DNA of 6,337 nt, taken from Octopus sinensis (Eukaryota). Shown one piece after another: positions 1 through 6,124 of the stretch. The position numbers and the translations under genes were made by a program. The notes under the pieces are model-generated. The model saw only the letters and a list, made by a program, of their open reading frames with translations, had not been told where the DNA came from and did not search any database. The stretch spans positions 1-6,337 of the forward strand of contig NW_021829389.1 in assembly GCF_006345805.1 (NCBI RefSeq), in the 5' to 3' direction. Each line of letters begins with the position of its first letter. Positions within the stretch are counted from its first letter, which is position 1.

Positions 1-2202
1 GCGGATCGCACAGACCGAAATAAGGGAGGGACAGCCATCTTTATCCATGACTCCTTTTCCCTTGATGCCAAGGACACATTTTCCAATGGCTACTGTGAAT
101 CGGTATCAGTATACAACAAAGCCAAGGACATAACCATTGTTGGTCTTTACAGGCCTCCCCAGGCACCTCTAAAGTACTTTGAAGAATGCCTTAGCAAAGT
201 CAAGTCCTTCCTTCGGAAGTACCACTCCGGAAACATACTAGTGATGGGTGATTTTAACCTCCCTCATGTGAACTGGCCCACAAATACTCCGAAGTTAGGC
301 AAGTGCTCTACATCAGATAGGGCAGCAGCAGAACTGCTCTTTAATCTGATGGATGAGTATTTCCTGACTCAGCTAGTGCTTGAACCAACGAGACAGAATA
401 AAACGATCTTGGATCTGGTACTGACCAATCACTCTAGCTACGTTCACAGCATTTCAGTCGAAAAAACTCTCCTCTCAGACCACGACATGGTACTCTGCAA
501 TCTTAATTCCCGACGTATAAAAACCATACCAGCTAATCCCACTCCATGGCACCCATTTGACAACATAAACTTCCACAAAGCGGACTGGGGAACAATCAGA
601 AAGGATCTGTCTTCCATCGACTGGTCTTTTACTCTCAATTCCCCTCATATTGAGACCGCGTGGCAGCACTTTGAAACCATTGTCACCGACACATGCTCTA
701 AACACGCTCCCAAGAAATCTACTAACACAAACAGAAACCGGCTCCCTAAAAAGAAAAAAACACTCATCAGGCGCATCAAAAGACTCAACAAAAAAATCAA
801 CCAATTAAAATATTCCCACACGCAACATCCACATTCAACAACAATGAAAAGGCTGGAGCTGGAAAAACTTCATCTGCAGACTAACATGAGAACCTCCATT
901 GAAAATCAAAGAGCTGTGGAGGAACAATGGGTAATCAAAAGCATCAAACAGAACCCAAAAGTGTTCTATTCTTATGCAAATAAGCATAGAACCACTGTCT
1001 CACCCATTGGGCCATTGATTGATGAAAACGGCATTCCCCAACACGATGCTAAAGAAATGGCAGAAATACTGCAGAAACAATATTGCTCTGTCTTCAGTGT
1101 TCCCACTGATATTGATGTGAGGGAAACGAACGAAGCTGACTCCCAACACAAAATCGCAGACATAACCTTCACTGCCACCGACATCGTAGCAGCAATAAAT
1201 GAGGTCAAACATTACTCTGCTGTAGGCCCTGATAGATTTCCCGCCAGTCTCCTGAAGGAATGTAGATATCAACTTGCAGTCCCTCTGACCAACCTCTGGA
1301 GAAACTCGTTAGACGCAGGTTATATACCGAAAAAGTTTCTATCCCAGTCGGTCATCCCGGTTTTCAAACAGGGAAACAGATCCCTCGCAGTCAACTATCG
1401 CCCAATCTCACTCACCTCCTACATCATTAAAGTGTTTGAAAGAGTGTTAAGATCAAGGATAGCTAACTTCCTGGAGACCCACAAACTCCTAAATTCAAAT
1501 CAGCATGGCTTTCGCTGTGGCAGGGACTGTCTAACACAGCTCTTACACCACATTGAAGATGTACTCAAAGCCTTGGGAACAGGTTCGAACTCTGACGTCA
1601 TATACCTTGACTTCAGTAAAGCGTTCGACAGGGTAGACCATAACATCCTACTCTCAAAATTGGCAAATGTTGGAATCCGTGGAAAAGTTCTACACTGGAT
1701 TCAGTATTTCCTGGCGAATAGAACACAACATGTTGTAGTTGATGGAGTCCACTCAAACCTAGCAAAAGTCACCAGCGGTGTTCCCCAGGGAACTGTTTTG
1801 GGTCCGCTACTCTTCATAATTTATGTAAACGACCTTTCCAGTGTCGTACATCACTGCAAAGTGAAAATATTCGCTGATGACACTAAGCTCCAGCAAATCG
1901 TCAATGAAGAAGCAGACCGAACTCAACTCCAGTCTGACCTATATGCTGTGAGTCAATGGGCAGACAGAAACAGAATGCAACTGAATGAGGGAAAATTTGA
2001 GCTGATGCATTTTGGAAGAAATTCCTCACTAAAACAACCATACTCTCTTCCTTCAGGGGAACCGCTCACAGCCTCTAACAATATCAGAGACCTGGGTGTA
2101 ATTGTTGATGACGATCTCAGTTGGAGTGCACACATCAACAAGAAGGTCGATACAGCTCGTAGGATGAGTTCCTGGATCTTAAGAACTTTCCGGTCATCAT
2201 AG
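1..2202 (+). CDS. CR1 ORF2: APE endonuclease + reverse transcriptase; open from base 1 (true start upstream), ends early at TAG 2200-2202 because of a frameshift
   Basis: Frame +1 has no stop from base 1: ADRTDRNKGG..., YRPP (148-159), GDFN (247-258), LDLVL, SDH (475-483), then GPD, NYRPISLTS, QHGFR, DFSKAFDRV, SGVPQGTVLGPLLF and FADD (1870-1881). The supplied ORF start at 241 is internal. Confidence 0.93.
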   Translation, partial: ADRTDRNKGGTAIFIHDSFSLDAKDTFSNGYCESVSVYNKAKDITIVGLYRPPQAPLKYFEECLSKVKSFLRKYHSGNILVMGDFNLPHVNWPTNTPKLGKCSTSDRAAAELLFNLMDEYFLTQLVLEPTRQNKTILDLVLTNHSSYVHSISVEKTLLSDHDMVLCNLNSRRIKTIPANPTPWHPFDNINFHKADWGTIRKDLSSIDWSFTLNSPHIETAWQHFETIVTDTCSKHAPKKSTNTNRNRLPKKKKTLIRRIKRLNKKINQLKYSHTQHPHSTTMKRLELEKLHLQTNMRTSIENQRAVEEQWVIKSIKQNPKVFYSYANKHRTTVSPIGPLIDENGIPQHDAKEMAEILQKQYCSVFSVPTDIDVRETNEADSQHKIADITFTATDIVAAINEVKHYSAVGPDRFPASLLKECRYQLAVPLTNLWRNSLDAGYIPKKFLSQSVIPVFKQGNRSLAVNYRPISLTSYIIKVFERVLRSRIANFLETHKLLNSNQHGFRCGRDCLTQLLHHIEDVLKALGTGSNSDVIYLDFSKAFDRVDHNILLSKLANVGIRGKVLHWIQYFLANRTQHVVVDGVHSNLAKVTSGVPQGTVLGPLLFIIYVNDLSSVVHHCKVKIFADDTKLQQIVNEEADRTQLQSDLYAVSQWADRNRMQLNEGKFELMHFGRNSSLKQPYSLPSGEPLTASNNIRDLGVIVDDDLSWSAHINKKVDTARRMSSWILRTFRSS

Positions 2203-2771
2203 GTGACATCATACCACTTTTTTCATCCTTTGTACGGCCACACCTTGAATACTGCTGCCCACTGTGGTCTCCTCACACAAGACAAAACATCTCCAGAATT
2301 GAGTCACCCCAGAGGGCTCTCACTAAACAAATTGAAGGCATGGCTGCTCTCGATTATTGGGATCGCCTTAAAGCCTTGAAACTTTACTCCCTCCAGCGTC
2401 GCCGTGAGCGGTACTTCATTTGTACGATGTGGAAAATATACCGCCAACTTTGCCCAAACGACCTAAACATTAGCTTCAAGGTTCATCCGAGACTTGGACC
2501 ACGGGCTATACGTCCCCTGCCAAATTCAAGATCACAACATACATGTACACTGCAACATAATTTCTTTTCCTCAACAGGCCCTGCCCTATTTAACATTGTC
2601 CCGAGGGAGATCAAAGAGGAAAAGGATCCCATCAACTTCAAACAGAGTCTGGATAGATTCCTTCAAAGAATACCAGATAAGCCACCCATAATTGGATACA
2701 ACTCACCCAACAAGAACTCACTACTTGAACAAAACTGGATACAACTCACCCAACAAGAACTCACTACTTGA
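2199..2771 (+). pseudogene. Frameshifted C-terminal continuation of CR1 ORF2 (frame +3)
   Basis: Frame +3 reads IGDIIPLFSSFVRPHLEYCCPLWSPHTRQNISRIESPQRALTKQIEGMAALDYWDRL..., the region that normally follows ILRTFRS in CR1-type ORF2. Frame +3 has a stop at 2160-2162 and frame +1 at 2200-2202, so the shift lies between them. The supplied ORF 2340..2771 is the tail of this segment. Confidence 0.9.
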
Positions 2772-2779
2772 ACAAAACT
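2693..2779 (+). repeat. Perfect 43-bp tandem duplication at the end of CR1 ORF2
   Basis: TGGATACAACTCACCCAACAAGAACTCACTACTTGAACAAAAC at 2693-2735 and again at 2736-2778, with no mismatch. Confidence 0.97.
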
Positions 2780-2789
2780 TGACTTAAAC

Positions 2790-2854
2790 AGGATTCGAAT
2801 AATCCTATCAGGTGGTGCTATTAAGTTAGACATGGCCTGGACCAATCTCTGGTC
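2790..2854 (+). other. CR1 3'UTR with two short stem-loops
   Basis: AGGATT-cgaat-AATCCT (2790-2806, 6-bp stem) and GACCA-atctc-TGGTC (2840-2854, 5-bp stem). The second lies just before the tail. 3'-end stem-loop recognition is established for L2/CR1-type LINEs such as eel UnaL2; function here is inferred. Confidence 0.6.
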
Positions 2855-2860
2855 GAAACA

Positions 2861-2882
2861 TATCTAAGTTTTATCTAAGTTT

Positions 2883-2885
<3 letters not shown>
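2861..2885 (+). repeat. CR1 3' tandem tail (TATCTAAGTTT)x2 + TAT
   Basis: TATCTAAGTTT at 2861-2871 and 2872-2882, then TAT merging into (TA)n. CR1-group elements typically end in short tandem repeats rather than poly(A). Confidence 0.85.
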
Positions 2886-2914
<29 letters not shown>

Positions 2915-2950
2915 AATATTATATATATATATATAATATATATATATATA
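2883..2950. repeat. Interrupted (TA)n microsatellite, ~68 bp
   Basis: Alternating TA with phase slips at 2903-04 (TT), 2915-16 (AA), 2919-20 (TT) and 2935-36 (AA). Confidence 0.97.
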
Positions 2951-3086
2951 AAATAAGAGGCTTCCAAAGAGGAAAGCCTTGTGCTAGAAAGAACAGTAGA
3001 AAAACTCAAACCACCAAATAAAGATAAATTCTCGAAAGGAATGAAAATTAAAACGTTTACCATCTCAATTATTTCCCAGGCCATGG

Positions 3087-4714
3087 TTTGATAGGGTGGA
3101 CCATCAGTATCTGGCGGCGGTCCTCGCGGCGGCTGGCTTCGGCCCGACCTTCCGCGGATGGATCATCGATTTATACAGCAACATCGAATCGGTAGTTCGG
3201 GTAAATGGTTTCTTTTCGGAGGCGTTCAGCATTGAACGTTCGGTACGTCAAGGGTGTCCTCTCTCCCCGCTTCTCTACGTTTTGGCCCTCGAGCCGTTGC
3301 TGAGGAGGTTGGAAACTATGAGAGGCACTCCGCAAGATCTAGGGTGCGGAAAGTCAGCTTCGGCGTATGTGGACGACATCACCGTCATCGTTTCCCGAGT
3401 CGAGCACCTACAGTGGGTGGGTGAGGCCTTAAGGGACTACGAAGCGGTGGCAGGAGCGAAAGTCAACCGGGATAAATCGGTCGGCTTGCAACTCGGCACC
3501 TGGAGGGGCAAGTCGATGTCTTCCGACAGCGTCGTAGGACGTTGGACGGAAGGACCGGGGAAAATGCTTGGAATCTGGTTAGGTCCAGATCTCCAGATAG
3601 AGAAGAACTGGAGCGAGGTGGCGAGAAAGGTGGCTCTCCTAACTCAGACATAGTCTGAGCGGAAGCTGTCCTTGAAAGGGAGGGCGGAGGTTGCAGAGGT
3701 GTTTATCGCCTCTGTAATCACTTACCGCCTGACCGTCGTGCCTTGCCCCGATTCGTGGCTGAACAAACTGGAACGCATGCTCTTTCGCTTTTTGTGGAGG
3801 GGCAGCAGATCTCTTGTAAAGCGCTCTATTTGCTGCCAAAAGCCGCTGAAGGGTGGGTTAGGGATGCCGTGGCTAAAAATGCGCAGACATGCCATCAGGC
3901 TTAGGCACCTCTGGATTTATCTGGACGGTGAGCAGGTGTGGTCTCCGTTCGTCAAGCTGTTATTTCCACAGTTCACATCGTTTAACGAACTGAACCCATG
4001 GATCAAGTGTAGACCGAGGTTGGACATGTGGCATGCAGAGTGCTATCAGGCACTCGTGCTTCTCTCCCAGTCGGGCAACGCCGGTGGCAGGGGTACTACC
4101 TCGTTCTTCTATAGAGGGTTAGTAGAGTTTAAGTGTGACGACGTCCTAGGAGAAACTCTGGGCTTCGACGAAAATCAACTGGCCAGCCTGTTCCAAAGAA
4201 CATTCGGTCCGGGGCCTATGGATACCAAAAGTCCCTGGCCTGGCAATGTTACAGAGGAGCTTTACCGGTTCGAGATAAGCTCTTTAGACATGGGTGTGCA
4301 CCTTCGTCGGTTTGTGCAAGATGTGAGAGGGACAGTGAAACTGTCCTGCACGCGATTGTGCAATGCCCCAAGGTGACTGAACTTTGGGCTTATGTAGAAC
4401 ACCTGCTGTCGCATTCGAGAAGAGTACAACTGTCGAGCGAATCTGTAATTAAGATAGATCCGCCGACCTCCCTGAATAGGGAGGAGCGAACCTGTTTTCT
4501 TTTGGTAGTTGCTATGGCGAAAGAAGTAGTGTGGAAGACGAGAGTAAAAGGAATTGCAACAGGCATGTTTATCTCCAGTCTCGAGCTAATCGACTTTTTC
4601 GTTTTCCACATGAAACGGAAAATAAGGCTGGAGAAGAAATGCCTGTCGCAAAGTGTGTTTCGTAAAAGATGGAAGTCTATAGCAAGTATGTTGCGAGTGA
4701 AAGAACCTGTTTAA
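3087..4714 (+). pseudogene. Disrupted Tx1-like ORF2 (partial RT, C-terminal region, CX2CX8HX4C zinc knuckle)
   Basis: FDRVDHQYL, RQGCPLSPLLYVLALEPL and YVDD (3366-3377). In-frame TAG at 3651-3653 in the context QT*SERKLSLKGRAEVA (likely TGG>TAG). Frameshift +3 to +2 at ~4224-4225, after which frame +2 reads QKSLAWQCYRGALPVRDKLFRHGCAPSSVCARCERDSETVLHAIVQCPK and ends at TAA 4712-4714. This joins the three supplied ORFs 3096..3653, 3672..4376 and 4358..4714. Confidence 0.92.
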
Positions 4715-4924
4715 TCGGGAATGTGGAAAAGGAGAAAGCAAAGTCTTCAGTGTGAGTATGTGGTTTGTGGGGTCAACCGTGTCCTCCGCTTCATTTTTTT
4801 GTTAATCACTCATTCTCATTTAATTGTATATATTTTAATTGTTTGTTTATTCATATGTTTCGTCTCATTCGATACCCTGACCCCAACGTTTGTTTTGTCC
4901 CCTCTTTTTCTCAACCTTATGGTG

Positions 4925-4930
4925 AATAAA
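4925..4930 (+). promoter_or_regulatory. AATAAA polyadenylation signal at the Tx1 3' end
   Basis: AATAAA sits 6 nt before the terminal (CT)n, the usual position in L1-clade elements. Confidence 0.6.
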
Positions 4931-4936
4931 GAAATA

Positions 4937-4965
4937 CTCTCTCTCTCTCTCTCTCTCTCCCCTCT
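4937..4965 (+). repeat. (CT)11 microsatellite plus CCCCTCT, the tail or target of the Tx1 element
   Basis: Perfect (CT)11 at 4937-4958, followed by degenerate CCCCTCT. Confidence 0.95.
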
Positions 4966-5031
4966 AAAGTATATTTTTCTGTGTCAGAACAAACACAATA
5001 AATATATTTTTAGACCATAATGATTTTTATA

Positions 5032-5036
<5 letters not shown>

Positions 5037-5100
<64 letters not shown>
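5037..5100. repeat. Perfect (TA)32 microsatellite
   Basis: 64 bp of uninterrupted TA. Confidence 0.98.
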
Positions 5101-5104
<4 letters not shown>

Positions 5105-5127
5105 TAAAATTTTGATTTAATTTCTAG

Positions 5128-5287
5128 GGATTGTGGCCTGCAAACTATTCTAATGGAGGAGAGTATGCCTTGGATCCTAATCATACACATTTTATCCTTG
5201 TTGATGATGGTACCAACGACACTTCTGGGGTAGAACTTGAATTCAAAAAACAGTTAGAAGATACTATTTTACAAATCAAAAGGCAAA
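5128..5287 (+). CDS. Internal coding exon of a host TRPM-like (melastatin-family) cation channel, N-terminal MHR1/2 (SLOG-like) region
   Basis: Acceptor tttctAG (AG 5126-5127) and donor GTAAGT (5288-5293). The 160-nt exon (phase 0 to phase 1) translates to GLWPANYSNGGEYALDPNHTHFILVDDGTNDTSGVELEFKKQLEDTILQIKRQ. This matches the TRPM signature LDxNHxHFILVDxGT...GxE..[LF]R..LE. The paralog cannot be assigned from one exon. Confidence 0.88.
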
Positions 5288-5293
5288 GTAAGT
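5288..5293 (+). other. Consensus 5' splice donor GTAAGT
   Basis: Perfect intronic donor consensus directly after the TRPM-like coding segment. Confidence 0.85.
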
Positions 5294-5471
5294 TGTTATT
5301 AGAGAAATAAGACCATAAAATATAGACCGGAAATGAAATATTAAGGATAACTGGTTAAATTTACACATATATCATATTAATTTACTCTCTTTAATAGCAA
5401 ACCAGTCTTTTATTGGTTATAGTTAGGTTATTATTAATAGTTAACATCTAAACAATTCTATTCTTCTATGC

Positions 5472-5545
5472 CAGTGTTACTCAAACTGTGTCGCGACACA
5501 TTATTGTGTCGCCCGCAGGGCGTGGGTGTGTCACAACCGCACAGG
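5472..5545. mobile_element. One terminus of a hAT (Charlie-like) DNA transposon or MITE; the other end and internal extent were not identified
   Basis: Starts CAGTGTTACTCAAAC, resembling the CAGTGGTTCTCAAA-type hAT-Charlie TIR. It is followed by repeated TGTGTCGC-like subterminal motifs in both orientations, forming a GC/CpG-rich island in AT-rich intron. No partner TIR with a matching 8-bp TSD (TTCTATGC) was found. Confidence 0.62.
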
Positions 5546-5923
5546 AAATCAATATATTAGATACCCAATACCAATATATTTCAGCTTTTCGTAATCTATT
5601 TAATAGTAGAGTGAACATGTCAATGCAGGTCCCTACTGGCTATCATATCCCACTTCATATTTAGAGGCAAGATTAAAAAACAAAACGATAAAAAAAGGTA
5701 GAAGTAATCTTCATTATATAACACTCATTTTTGTTGTATCTTATTCAGTGTAAAAGAATTAACATATTGCAAGCGCTATTCTCTTGTTCGAAGTAAATCG
5801 AAAATCGATTAAAAATTTTCAAATCCGTACCTGTTTTAGTGAACAAAGCACACTGGAACTGCTTTCAAATTGCCTAAACTTATTACTCACCTATACTGGT
5901 ATTAGGCATTACTGATAGTTAAC

Positions 5924-6124
5924 TAGGCTGTGACACTTTTTCACACAGCTGTCCTCATCCATATGCAACATATGACCATACCAGCGCAGTCATCCCTCTT
6001 GCACACCACATCTGATGCTTCTTATATCCAACTCTTCTTGCAGGAAACTTTCACTCTGTCGTGTATGCACACTGACATTACACATCCAGCAGATCATGCT
6101 AACTGCATTTCTTTCAAGCCTACG
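5924..6124 (-). mobile_element. RTE-clade LINE ORF2 C-terminal fragment (decayed, antisense)
   Basis: The minus strand from 6124 reads RRLERNAVSMICWMCNVSVHTRQSESFLQEELDIRSIRCGVQEG*LRWYGHMLHMDEDSCVKKCHSL. This matches the RTE pattern E..MLRWM.G/N.....R.......E.L.I..I......RLRWYGHV.RM. It has one in-frame TGA at 5990-5992 (likely CGA>TGA) and no frameshift. Confidence 0.88.

Larger units (their letters stand above)
1..2885 (+). mobile_element. CR1-group (CR1/L2 superclade) non-LTR retrotransposon, 3' portion; the 5' part lies outside the window
   Basis: APE endonuclease, RT and CR1-type C-terminal motifs in order (RPHLEYCCPLWSPH, LDYWDRLKALKLYSLQRRRERY, IPDKPPIIGYNSPNKNSLL). These are followed by a short 3'UTR with hairpins and a tandem-repeat tail at 2861-2885. 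More GC-rich than the host intron. Confidence 0.93.
3077..4965 (+). mobile_element. Tx1/L1-clade non-LTR retrotransposon, 5'-truncated inside RT
   Basis: An abrupt GC-rich segment begins at the (KA)FDRVDH motif (~3077-3087). It has L1-type RT motifs, a C-terminal CCHC knuckle, a T-rich 3'UTR, AATAAA at 4925-4930 and a (CT)n end. The 5' boundary is approximate. Confidence 0.9.

Noticed and set aside
444-1272. Minus-strand ORFs 444..638, 475..804, 972..1208 and 1000..1272
   Set aside because: Antisense shadows of the CR1 ORF2 with no recognisable motifs.
2163-2202. Programmed -1 ribosomal frameshift joining the two CR1 ORF2 parts
   Set aside because: No X XXY YYZ slippery site is evident, and this region is normally continuous in CR1 ORF2. 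A deletion or sequencing error is simpler.
1953-2845. Short ORFs 1953..2141 (-), 2494..2691 (+) and 2663..2845 (-)
   Set aside because: Alternative-frame or antisense overlaps of CR1 ORF2 and its UTR, with no independent evidence.
2693-2885. Direct repeats as a CRISPR-like or RT-associated (retron/DGR-type) array
   Set aside because: The repeats are adjacent with no spacers, the RT is a non-LTR eukaryotic type, and the context has spliceosomal intron signals.
2875-3084. Minus-strand 69-aa hydrophobic ORF
   Set aside because: Its C-terminal third is translated (TA)n (IYIY...), so it is an artefact of low complexity.
3366-3377. YVDD instead of YADD as a distinctive RT active site
   Set aside because: GCG>GTG is a single CpG-type transition in an already disrupted copy, so it is most likely decay.
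3096-4714. Three separate Tx1 genes, plus ORFs 3463..3651, 3639..3839 and 4390..4611
   Set aside because: The three + ORFs are pieces of one broken ORF2, and their GTG/TTG starts are internal codons. The others are off-frame overlaps.
4721-5020. 99-aa ORF with a transmembrane-like stretch
   Set aside because: It spans the T-rich 3'UTR and the (CT)n tract. The hydrophobicity follows from base composition.
5851-5914. CACTG, TACTG motifs as candidate right TIR ends
   Set aside because: The adjacent bases do not match the left TIR, and none is followed by the TTCTATGC duplication.
5929-5936. TGTGACAC as an inverted hAT subterminal motif marking the transposon's other end
   Set aside because: It lies inside the RTE coding fragment (KCHS codons), and no TIR or TSD follows.
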